Shown in pieces: positions 36,755 to 44,672 of a stretch of 64,000 bases of DNA. The notes beneath the pieces were generated by a model that made no database searches, was not told the DNA's origin, and saw only the letters and a program-made list of their open reading frames with translations. Position 1 is the stretch's first letter, and the number at the start of each line of letters is the position of its first letter. The position numbers were made by a program, and so were the translations under genes. Source of the DNA: Clostridiales bacterium (GTDB taxonomy: Bacteria > Bacillota > Clostridia > Oscillospirales > CAG-272). The stretch lies in assembly GCA_016282315.1 (NCBI GenBank), contig JAEEKG010000108.1, positions 5,535 to 69,534 on the forward strand, in the 5' to 3' direction.

Positions 36755-37123
36755 ATGACATTTTATATTTGTAAAGGATGCGGTAATATTATCGCATATG
36801 CAGAGAAAAAGGGTTGCAACGTTAAATGTTGCGGACAGGAAATGGTAGAGCTTGTTGCTAATACAACAGATGCTGCTCACGAAAAACATGTTCCTGTTTA
36901 TTCAGTAGAAGGAAACACTTTAACAGTAAAAATCGGTTCAGCTCCACATCCGATGACAGAAGCTCATCTGATCAGCTGGGTTGCTGTTGAAACAAAGAAA
37001 GGTAATATGAGAAGAACTCTCAAGGCCGGTCAGGAACCAGTTGTTACTTTCCCAATTGAGTCCGACGATGAAGTAGTTGCAGTTTATGCATATTGCAATC
37101 TTCACGGTCTCTGGAAAGCATAA
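36755..37123 (+). CDS. dfx: Desulfoferrodoxin (class I superoxide reductase)
   Basis: YICKGCGN..CCG desulforedoxin-like centre. EKHVPV, HPM, CNLHGLWKA align to Desulfovibrio Dfx. GGAGG RBS 7 nt upstream. Confidence 0.9.
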   Translation: MTFYICKGCGNIIAYAEKKGCNVKCCGQEMVELVANTTDAAHEKHVPVYSVEGNTLTVKIGSAPHPMTEAHLISWVAVETKKGNMRRTLKAGQEPVVTFPIESDDEVVAVYAYCNLHGLWKA

Positions 37124-37137
37124 TTATTTGTTTGTAA

Positions 37138-37180
37138 TACCCGCCACATGTGATTGAACGATGTGGCGGGTATTTCTTTT
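37138..37180 (+). terminator. Rho-independent terminator
   Basis: 12-bp stem tacccgccacat / atgtggcgggta followed by TTTCTTTT. Confidence 0.8.
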
Positions 37181-37188
37181 GGTTCTAT

Positions 37189-37479
37189 TCATTTTTTGTT
37201 TTTTCTTTCCTTCCTTGCTTTCCTTATTTCTTCATTTATTTTATTAAGATTCAGTTCAGAATTACCATTGTTTTCGGAAATAGTCCTCATCTTATCTACA
37301 GACAAAATTGCGTTTAGTGTCAATTGATCAACTTTGGTTTCAAAGGGGATACCACCCTCTAATACACTTTTTTTCAAAAACATTCTGACTGCTGTCGACA
37401 AATCGATTCCAAGTTCATTATAGATAGCATTAGCTTGATTCTTAAGTTCTTCATCTACCCTTATTTGCAATAAAGCCAT
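37189..37479 (-). CDS. dinJ: RelB/DinJ-family antitoxin homologue with extended basic C-terminus; no toxin partner seen
   Basis: LQIRVDEELKNQANAIYNELGIDLSTAVRMFLKKSVLEGGIPFE is the DinJ ribbon-helix-helix core. ATG at 37479 after GGAGG. Confidence 0.75.
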   Translation of the reverse strand: MALLQIRVDEELKNQANAIYNELGIDLSTAVRMFLKKSVLEGGIPFETKVDQLTLNAILSVDKMRTISENNGNSELNLNKINEEIRKARKERKNKK

Positions 37480-37497
37480 ATTCAAATCCTCCAACAC

Positions 37498-37538
37498 TTT
37501 TGTAATTATATTATACTTATTTGTAATTACATTGTCAA
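37498..37538 (-). promoter_or_regulatory. Consensus promoter of dinJ-like gene overlapped by two direct repeats (candidate operator)
   Basis: Minus strand TTGACA (37538-33), 17-nt spacer, TATAAT (37515-10). Plus-strand repeats TTTGTAATTA(T/C)ATT at 37498-511 and 37520-33, 22 bp apart. Confidence 0.7.
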
Positions 37539-37554
37539 TACTGAAATGTGAATA

Positions 37555-37580
37555 ACTTCAAATACTTGAAGTGTTTTTTT
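37555..37580 (+). terminator. Weak hairpin + T7 run on the plus strand with no plus-strand gene upstream
   Basis: acttcaa / ttgaagt (7 bp, AT-rich) followed by GTTTTTTT. Confidence 0.3.
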
Positions 37581-37799
37581 GACTATTCTCTTTCTTGAAC
37601 ACTCATTTTTCCATGAAAAAAATCATATATTATTCCTTTGAACAAGATATTGCCTCTTTTTACAACGGTTTCACCCAAAAAGTGTTCTAATTTCACTTGT
37701 CTCGCTTTTTTCATAGAAAATCGTTTGTATCCGATTTCCTGCAATTTCGCAGTATTAATGTATCATCCGATGCGAGCTATTTACAGCCCACTATTTTTG

Positions 37800-37828
37800 T
37801 TGTCAAAATGATTAAAAAATGGTAATAT
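37800..37828 (+). promoter_or_regulatory. Promoter of the nrnA-nrnA-surE operon
   Basis: TTGTCA, 17-nt spacer, TGG-TAATAT (extended -10). Confidence 0.6.
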
Positions 37829-37857
37829 AGTTCTACTGACCGATCATGGAGCTAGAA

Positions 37858-38805
37858 ATGTTTGAAAAATGCTTAGAATTAATAAATAAATATGACAATA
37901 TAGTTATACATAGACACATCAATCCCGATGGAGATGCTATAGGGAGCCAAGTTGGATTAAAATACCTTATTCTGGAAAATTTCCCAGACAAAAATGTGTA
38001 TATAGTTGGAGACAATCCCGTCAGATATTCTTTCATGGATGAATCAACTCCTCAAGAAGTTCCGGATAGTTTTTACAATGACGCATTGGCTATAGTACTT
38101 GATACTTCATCTGCTGAATTGATCAGTGATCAAAGGTACAAAACAGCAAGAGAAACTTTCAGAATAGATCATCACATTCAAAGCGAATCCATAACTGATT
38201 ATGAAGTTGACGACACAAGTTATGAAAGCTGCTGTGGTCTTATAACAGCTTTTGCTAAAGAACAAAATCTAAAACTTACCCCTCTTGTTGCAAAATCTCT
38301 TTTCACCGGAATTGTTACTGATTCGGGAAGATTCAGATATGACGCCACAACCAGTAGAACTTTCGATCTATGCTCCTATCTGATGCAGGTTCCTTTTGAC
38401 ACCGATTCAATATACAGAAACCTTTATTCCCAAAGTTTTGAAGATGTTTTATTCAGGGCACAGTTTATATTGAAAATAAAGTTCACATCTCACAACGTTG
38501 CATATATTTATTCCACAAAGGAAGATGTTATTTCATACAACAGAGACTTTTTCTCCATTTCAAGAGGGATGGTAAGTGTTATGGCAGACATTAAAGGAGT
38601 AGATATATGGGTCAATTTCACGGAAAATGAAAAAGGCGTTATAGTGGAATTGAGATCGTCGAAATACAACATCAATAAAATAGCAGTTAAATATGGCGGT
38701 GGCGGTCACGAAAAAGCAAGCGGTGCAACATTAAAAGATAGAGAAACTGCGATGGCAATGCTTGCAGATTTAGACAAACTCGCAGAGGAGAATGGAAATA
38801 TATGA
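37858..38805 (+). CDS. nrnA: DHH/DHHA1 phosphoesterase, NrnA-like nanoRNase/pAp phosphatase (copy 1)
   Basis: HRHINPDGDAIGS, RIDHHIQ, GGGGHEKASGA. The ATG at 37858 follows GGAG. The track start at 37846 lacks an RBS. Confidence 0.75.
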   Translation: MFEKCLELINKYDNIVIHRHINPDGDAIGSQVGLKYLILENFPDKNVYIVGDNPVRYSFMDESTPQEVPDSFYNDALAIVLDTSSAELISDQRYKTARETFRIDHHIQSESITDYEVDDTSYESCCGLITAFAKEQNLKLTPLVAKSLFTGIVTDSGRFRYDATTSRTFDLCSYLMQVPFDTDSIYRNLYSQSFEDVLFRAQFILKIKFTSHNVAYIYSTKEDVISYNRDFFSISRGMVSVMADIKGVDIWVNFTENEKGVIVELRSSKYNINKIAVKYGGGGHEKASGATLKDRETAMAMLADLDKLAEENGNI

Positions 38806-39788
38806 GCAAAAAATTCACAAAACTCATATTGGACAAGATTAAAGAATACGACAGCATAATAATCATGAGACACTCCAGACCCGATGGCGATGCTGTCGGT
38901 TCAACCATGGGTTTGAGACAAATATTGAGGCTCTCTTTTCCCGAAAAGAAAATCCGTTTAATCAATAGTGACTATTCTGATTATGTTGCTTTTTTGGAAG
39001 ATGAAGACAAAGATGTTTCAGATAATATATATAAGAAATCTTTGGGCATTGTAATCGATACAGCCACTCCTGACAGAATTTCAAATAAAAAGTTTAATCT
39101 TTGTAAGGAATTAATCAAAATAGATCACCATATAGACAATAACCCATATGGAGATATTTACTGGGTTGAAGAAGACAGGGCTTCAGCCTGCGAGATGATA
39201 GCAAAATTCTATTTTGACAACGAAAAAGAACTCAAAATAGATAAACTGGCTGCAACTGCAATATATACAGGCATGATAACCGATACGGGAAGATTCAAAT
39301 ACGGAATCTCTTCTTCTTCATCATTTGAATATGCCGGAAAACTGATAGATCTAGGAATTGACACGGAAACTCTTTATGCTAACCTTTATACAGAGAGTTT
39401 TGAAGAACTGAAATATAAGGCATTTGTTCTCAAAAACATGAAGATAACAGAAAACGGAGTAGCTTATGTTTATATAAGTTCAGCCACTCAGAAAAAATAT
39501 GGCTTGAACCATGAACAGGCAAGCAATTGTGTCGGTTATCTTGAAAATATCAAAGGAAGTCTTATCTGGCTCGGCTTCATAGACAACAATGACAAGGAAA
39601 AAACCACCAGAGTCAGACTGCGTTCGAGATTTGTGACAGTAAATCAGATCGCTGAACAATTCAGAGGCGGCGGTCATGCCCGTGCAAGCGGTGCAACCGT
39701 ATACAACAAAGATGAGATGAATCAGCTTATACAAATGGCAGATGACACTCTCAAACAATACAAAAAGAAAAATAAGAACTGGATATGA
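38802..39788 (+). CDS. nrnA: DHH/DHHA1 phosphoesterase, NrnA-like (copy 2)
   Basis: MRHSRPDGDAVGS, KIDHHID, RGGGHARASGA. ATGA overlap with copy 1. Confidence 0.75.
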   Translation: MSKKFTKLILDKIKEYDSIIIMRHSRPDGDAVGSTMGLRQILRLSFPEKKIRLINSDYSDYVAFLEDEDKDVSDNIYKKSLGIVIDTATPDRISNKKFNLCKELIKIDHHIDNNPYGDIYWVEEDRASACEMIAKFYFDNEKELKIDKLAATAIYTGMITDTGRFKYGISSSSSFEYAGKLIDLGIDTETLYANLYTESFEELKYKAFVLKNMKITENGVAYVYISSATQKKYGLNHEQASNCVGYLENIKGSLIWLGFIDNNDKEKTTRVRLRSRFVTVNQIAEQFRGGGHARASGATVYNKDEMNQLIQMADDTLKQYKKKNKNWI

Positions 39789-40525
39789 GAATACTGGTTA
39801 CTAACGATGACGGAATAGATTCCGAAGGTGTAAAAGGGCTTGCCAGTTGGGCAAAAAAACTTGGCGAAGTCACAGTTGTTGCACCAAAAGTTGAGCAATC
39901 CGGAAAAAGCCATTCTATTATGCTCAGAAAACCATTTGAAATTGTAAAAGTGGATTTTTTTGATGGTATTGAAGCTTATTCAGTTGATTCAACTCCGGCT
40001 GATTGCATAAGATACGCTTATCTTGGATTGAAAAAAGATTTTGATCTTGTACTTTCCGGAGTCAATCAAGGCATGAATCTTGGCAATGATATTGCTTATT
40101 CCGGAACAAATGGAGCTGCTTTTGAAGCTGCTTATCACAAAACAAAATCTATAGCATTCTCCACTGACTTCGGACCATTTGATTCTGCGTTTGCAAATTT
40201 AGACAAAGTATATCAGTTTATAATAGACAACAACTTGTTCGATTATGCAGATATATATAACGTCAACATACCATTTACGGTTAAAGGAATAAAGATAACA
40301 AAACAGGGCGGACATACATACAAAGACCACTTTGAGCACATCGGAAACAATATGTATAAAGCCGTAGGCACATGGACTAGAATTGAGTCTGATGAAAACA
40401 TTTATGATAACCAAGCTACGGTGAACGGATATATTTCAATCACGCCTCTTACTGTAAAGAGGCATATAGAAGACGCTTATGAAGCAATATGCAATATAGT
40501 GAATAACAAAACAAAAAATGACTAA
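39785..40525 (+). CDS. surE: 5'/3'-nucleotidase SurE
   Basis: MRILVTNDDGIDSEG...SGVNQGMNLG...YSGTNGAAFEA. ATGA overlap with the upstream gene. Confidence 0.9.
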   Translation: MRILVTNDDGIDSEGVKGLASWAKKLGEVTVVAPKVEQSGKSHSIMLRKPFEIVKVDFFDGIEAYSVDSTPADCIRYAYLGLKKDFDLVLSGVNQGMNLGNDIAYSGTNGAAFEAAYHKTKSIAFSTDFGPFDSAFANLDKVYQFIIDNNLFDYADIYNVNIPFTVKGIKITKQGGHTYKDHFEHIGNNMYKAVGTWTRIESDENIYDNQATVNGYISITPLTVKRHIEDAYEAICNIVNNKTKND

Positions 40526-40529
40526 AAAA

Positions 40530-40565
40530 GAACTGCTTAACAGAGACAATCTGAATAAGCAGTTC
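40530..40565. terminator. Bidirectional terminator between convergent operons
   Basis: gaactgctta / taagcagttc 10-bp stem. Confidence 0.6.
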
Positions 40566-40582
40566 ATATTATTTATTTGGGG

Positions 40583-42283
40583 TTATTTGTTTTCCGACTC
40601 CTCTTGCGATGATTGTGAGTCTTCTGTGTTTTCTGTTGGTTCAGTCGATTCTGTCGGTTCAGGTGCTTGGGTTGGTTCAACATTAGACTGAACTGGGGCT
40701 TGTGCTGTTGCAGCTCCAGCTCCGGCTGTTGAAGCTGCTGCGCCTGCAGTAGCAGCACCCGCAGTAGCGTGTCCTGCTATTGAAAAAGCAATCAAAGAAA
40801 CTACACCGACTCCAGTCGTAATGAGGCCCATTGTCAATTCACTTGATCCCACGCCTCCGACAAGACTTTGTACAATAGACAAATCAGGATTGGTTAATAA
40901 TAGTTTAGCAATAAGTCCGACCGCTCCGACAACTGACATAATAATGCCGCTTATTACTCCGGATGTACCTATGGATTTAAGTACACCGAACTTCGGGGTA
41001 ACAAGAAGTGTTACCAGAACTGATGAAACTACTGAAGTTGACACATAACCGATTCTTACAGTTGTCATATTCTCGTCAGGAAGTACGTAAGCAAACACCT
41101 TGAGTAAGAATTCAGGAACATATTCTGTAAGTTTGTCAAATACTTCCCTACTACCACTCAGTTGACTGTTAATTTCATCTTTATTGGCGCTCAGAGTTGA
41201 CTTAATTAGATCTGTAAACACTGTGTCGCTCTTTGGATCTATATTAATCTTTTTACCTGTTCTATCTTCATACAATTGCTCGAACTTGTCAGCAACTTCT
41301 TCAGTAAAAGGCAAATCATATTTTTCAAGTTCTTCTTTAATAAACTTTTCAATGGTCTTTGAATGTTTATCCACCAATTTTTCTATTTCCGAAACGAAAT
41401 CTATATCATCTTTTCCAGACAGAACAAGTTGAATGAATTTAGACATTCCGTCATACATGATATCTGTCATTTCTTTTGAATTCAGCAAATCATATACTAT
41501 TCCGTTTATATCATTTGGATCGTATTCAATTCCACCTTCATCAAGTAAATCTTTAATACCATTTTCAAGAATTCTCTGAACACTGTTCAAGTAATCTGAA
41601 AGCGCTTTGTCTATGGAACTCCTGAACGCTCTCAGAATCGCCTCTATCAAATGAACAAAAAGATATTCATCATCAATTTTCAATTCGATTCTTTGTTTCA
41701 TTTTGTCAGCATATGCTTTTTCGATTTTTGAAAGCAGCTCTTCTGTTATCTCTGTATTATATTTTTTGAATTCGTTTCTGAAAAAGCTTTCTATTCCGTC
41801 TTTGTACTCTTCAACTATGTATATGACATCATCAGTTGTAAAAAAACCGCCATCTCTGTCTGATTGTTTGTCTGCAAGTTCTGTAAGCAATGCATAAAAG
41901 AAATTATCCATTACTTCTGATTGTTTTACATCGCTCATGATGTTCATTATTGTCGCACGACTATATTCTGCATCACAAGAATCAAGAATCTGGCATATTA
42001 CATCACCTATTAACGTAAGTGTGGAATCGTCTATTTTAATGCCGTGTTTGTCCGATGATTCTTTTTCTTTTCGGTCAGCCAGCATCAAAGACATAGATTG
42101 AGCGTAACCGCTGTTTTCCTTTTTGTCTTTAGCACTGCTGTCTGTCTCATTTTTGTAAGAAGAATTTCTCACAGAGTTTACCACAGCGTTCTTAATTCCA
42201 ATATGGAATCCTTCAAGCATCAGACCGAGTAAAATAGTAATGCATAAAATAATGGATAAAAAAACCGAAACAAATTTCTTCAT
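40583..42283 (-). CDS. Hypothetical membrane protein: N-terminal TM, duplicated helical domain, C-terminal multi-TM bundle, Ala/Thr/Glu-rich tail
   Basis: ATG at 42283 (MKKFVSVFLSIILC) after GGGTGGG. The track's extra 15 codons are the translated hairpin. No family is recognised. Confidence 0.5.
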   Translation of the reverse strand: MKKFVSVFLSIILCITILLGLMLEGFHIGIKNAVVNSVRNSSYKNETDSSAKDKKENSGYAQSMSLMLADRKEKESSDKHGIKIDDSTLTLIGDVICQILDSCDAEYSRATIMNIMSDVKQSEVMDNFFYALLTELADKQSDRDGGFFTTDDVIYIVEEYKDGIESFFRNEFKKYNTEITEELLSKIEKAYADKMKQRIELKIDDEYLFVHLIEAILRAFRSSIDKALSDYLNSVQRILENGIKDLLDEGGIEYDPNDINGIVYDLLNSKEMTDIMYDGMSKFIQLVLSGKDDIDFVSEIEKLVDKHSKTIEKFIKEELEKYDLPFTEEVADKFEQLYEDRTGKKINIDPKSDTVFTDLIKSTLSANKDEINSQLSGSREVFDKLTEYVPEFLLKVFAYVLPDENMTTVRIGYVSTSVVSSVLVTLLVTPKFGVLKSIGTSGVISGIIMSVVGAVGLIAKLLLTNPDLSIVQSLVGGVGSSELTMGLITTGVGVVSLIAFSIAGHATAGAATAGAAASTAGAGAATAQAPVQSNVEPTQAPEPTESTEPTENTEDSQSSQEESENK

Positions 42284-42301
42284 AACCCACCCTCTGAGTA
42301 A

Positions 42302-42330
42302 ATGTGTCCACGAAAAAATCGTGGACACAT
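42302..42330 (-). other. Perfect 12-bp intra-operon RNA hairpin (attenuator/processing or stabiliser element)
   Basis: atgtgtccacga / tcgtggacacat with a 5-nt loop, 11 nt after the stop of the OB-repeat gene. No U-tract follows on the minus strand. Confidence 0.5.
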
Positions 42331-42341
42331 CGTCGTTTAAA

Positions 42342-44630
42342 TTATTCTGCGATCAACAAGCCAATCAATTGACAGCCTGCATCAAATTCGATTGTTGAAG
42401 TTTCACCTTTTACATAGTTCTTGATTGTTCCTCTAACTATGATTTCATCATCAACTTTGAGTGCTGCACCATCGAATACTTCAGTATCAATTGTGAGTCT
42501 GAAGCACTGAATTGGATATTCAGTGAATCCTCTTACAACAATAGTAACTGTAACATTCTTATATTGTTCGCTGTAAGGAGTGTCGACTGAAATAATCTTA
42601 CCGGAAAGAGTTACTTCACGATTCATCTTAGCTCCGCCTTCAAGTCTGTATGCTTCAAGGAGAATCTTAGCCTCATTGTAGTAATCACCAATGCAACCTA
42701 CGCATCCTGCGTCAAACTCGATTGTTGAAGTTTCGCCCTTCACATAGTTCTTGATTTTGCCCATAACTGTAATAGTATCGCCCTCACTGAGAGTTGAAAC
42801 GTCTTCACCTTTCAATCTGTAGCACATAATCGGATAATCATCATATCCCGGGCATACTATTGTAACTGTAATGTTTCCATATTGTTCACTATAAGCAGTG
42901 TCAATGGTTTTGATAGTACCTGTCAAAACAGCAGTTCCTGGGAGGAATTCGCCTGCGCCGAGAGCATATGCAGCTGTGAGAACTTTTGACTGATCATGGA
43001 CTTCTATATCACCGAGTACTACGCATCCTGCGTCAAACTCGATTGTTGAAGCATCGCCTTTGACATAGTTCTTAATCTTGCCTTCAACAGTAATATCCAT
43101 GCCAACTTCGAGCTTGTCAGCAAGTTCACCCTTCATTCTGTAGCACATGATCGGATAATCTGCCATACCTGCAACAACGATTGTAACTGTTACGTTACCA
43201 TATTGTTCGCTGTAAGGAGTATCGATAGATGTGATTGTTCCGAACAGTCTTACTGTTCCCGGAAGGAATTCGCCTGCGCCGAGTTTATATGCAGCTTCAA
43301 CTATCTGCTGATATGTAAGCTCTGTAGCAATAACGTTGATTGAGAAGTCGAGTTCTTTAGTTGCGTTTCCGCATACGAGAGTAGCTTTAACTGTTACTAC
43401 TTCATCCTGATCCGGAATTGAAATTGTAAGTACGTTTTCTGTAATATCAATTTTTGTTCCGTTAACTAACCAAGTAATTTCAACATCTGTGTATGTTGAA
43501 CCATTATCTGGAAGATTGAATTTTGTTTCTTCTGTGATTGTTGAAGGGAACTTAATGAGTTCAGATTCAATAGCAACTTTTTCTTCATCAGATTTTTCAG
43601 GAAGTCCTTTGTACTGAATAGCACCGACATCAACAGGAGTGATATAGAATGCGCCGTCATAAACACAAGCTACGCCTGTAATATCAGCTAAATATCCAAA
43701 GTGTTCTGTGTGCTGTTTAATGAATTCCTGTGTTTCGTCTGCGTTCAACGGACAAACAGAGCCTGAAATTCTTACGTATGACTCAAGACTGCCGAGTTTG
43801 AATTTGTAATAACCGCTTCCTGTGTCCTGACCTGAAATTTCAACGCCTTTAACTGTTACAAGTGCGCTCTGTTTTGAAGCCAAGCTTTCATCTTTAAGGG
43901 ATGTAGCAGCTTTGAATGTTTCTGTTAAATCTGTAGGAGTTACAGTGTGGCCTGAACTTACTACTTCAACAGATGCTTGTACAATTTCATATGTGCCGCT
44001 GTAAGTGTCTCTCTTACCTGTTACTATAACATCGTCTCCGAGTTTAACGCCTGTTTCAACCGGGTCATCTGTCATGCCGTAAACATAGTAACCGCCTTCT
44101 GCATCGCTTAAATAAATGCAGTTATAGCTGTCTCCGTAAGACTTAGAGATAATACCTGTTACAACACCTCTTACTATTACTGTGTCATCTTTTGCAGCTG
44201 CAACGTATTCAGCATATGAAAGAACCTTGAATGCAGGTACTTTGTGTTTGTATTCAGCACCTTTTTTGTTGCTGTCTTTTTCGACAGTGAATTTAAGTGT
44301 GTATACTATTTCAGTAGCTGTCTTTTCATCTACATCGATTTTAACTGTTTTTCCGTCATTAGCCGGAATTACTTTAACACCTTCAGGGTTGCCCTCTGTC
44401 ACTACTACTTCCCATTTAATTGGGAATTTTTCATCTTCAACCATAGCGGTTGCGATTACTTCATAGTCTGATGGTGTTTCTTCTGGTTTGTCTTTGTACA
44501 TTGCTGCTACATAGTCAAATGCTTTTTGAAGTCTATCTGACCCATCCTTGGGTTGATCGCTGCTTTGACAAGAAGCAAGTGCCATAACTACAAGAACAAC
44601 AGCAATTATTAAAGCAATAATTCTTTTCAT
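42342..44630 (-). CDS. Lipoprotein with multiple OB-fold-like barrels (three near-identical C-terminal repeats) and an Ig-like domain
   Basis: Lipobox LASC. Three ~107-aa repeats: AY.LG.GEFLPG....G.I..IDT.YSEQYGN.TVTIV..G..DYPI.CYR.KGE.....GD.ITV.GKIKNYVKGE.STIEFDAGC. Earlier segments show the same strand pattern (VIVRGVVTGI..., VTVKGVEISG...). Confidence 0.55.
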   Translation of the reverse strand: MKRIIALIIAVVLVVMALASCQSSDQPKDGSDRLQKAFDYVAAMYKDKPEETPSDYEVIATAMVEDEKFPIKWEVVVTEGNPEGVKVIPANDGKTVKIDVDEKTATEIVYTLKFTVEKDSNKKGAEYKHKVPAFKVLSYAEYVAAAKDDTVIVRGVVTGIISKSYGDSYNCIYLSDAEGGYYVYGMTDDPVETGVKLGDDVIVTGKRDTYSGTYEIVQASVEVVSSGHTVTPTDLTETFKAATSLKDESLASKQSALVTVKGVEISGQDTGSGYYKFKLGSLESYVRISGSVCPLNADETQEFIKQHTEHFGYLADITGVACVYDGAFYITPVDVGAIQYKGLPEKSDEEKVAIESELIKFPSTITEETKFNLPDNGSTYTDVEITWLVNGTKIDITENVLTISIPDQDEVVTVKATLVCGNATKELDFSINVIATELTYQQIVEAAYKLGAGEFLPGTVRLFGTITSIDTPYSEQYGNVTVTIVVAGMADYPIMCYRMKGELADKLEVGMDITVEGKIKNYVKGDASTIEFDAGCVVLGDIEVHDQSKVLTAAYALGAGEFLPGTAVLTGTIKTIDTAYSEQYGNITVTIVCPGYDDYPIMCYRLKGEDVSTLSEGDTITVMGKIKNYVKGETSTIEFDAGCVGCIGDYYNEAKILLEAYRLEGGAKMNREVTLSGKIISVDTPYSEQYKNVTVTIVVRGFTEYPIQCFRLTIDTEVFDGAALKVDDEIIVRGTIKNYVKGETSTIEFDAGCQLIGLLIAE
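42345..43325 (-). repeat. Intragenic tandem repeat, 3 copies of ~321-327 bp
   Basis: The anchor string g(c)atc(c)tgc(g/a)tcaaa(c/t)tcgattgttgaag recurs at 42375, 42702 and 43023, giving periods of 327 and 321 bp. Confidence 0.8.
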
Positions 44631-44672
44631 GTGTGTCTCCTAAATAATATAGTGTGTTTTCACTTTTAGTTC

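Noticed and set aside
37583-37714. 43-codon ORF (MKKARQVKLEHFLGETVVKRGNILFKGIIYDFFHGKMSVQERE) considered as the missing toxin of the DinJ-like gene
   Set aside because: It is separated from dinJ by a hairpin and by dinJ's own consensus promoter. It has no clear RBS and no resemblance to RelE/YafQ/ParE that I can see. It is kept only as a note.
40573-40758. 61-aa Gln/Pro-rich minus-strand ORF at the end of the membrane protein gene
   Set aside because: It is an alternative frame of the low-complexity Ala/Thr/Glu tail coding region. The longer in-frame CDS explains the sequence.
42284-42328. 15-codon N-terminal extension (MSTIFSWTHLLRGWV) of the terminal membrane protein
   Set aside because: These codons are simply the translated 12-bp hairpin. 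The ATG at 42283 starts a typical signal/TM sequence and has an RBS.
42345-43325. Regularly spaced ~320-bp repeats considered as a possible CRISPR-like or satellite array
   Set aside because: The repeats are in frame within a continuous 762-codon ORF and encode a repeated protein domain. The period is far too long and there are no unique spacers.
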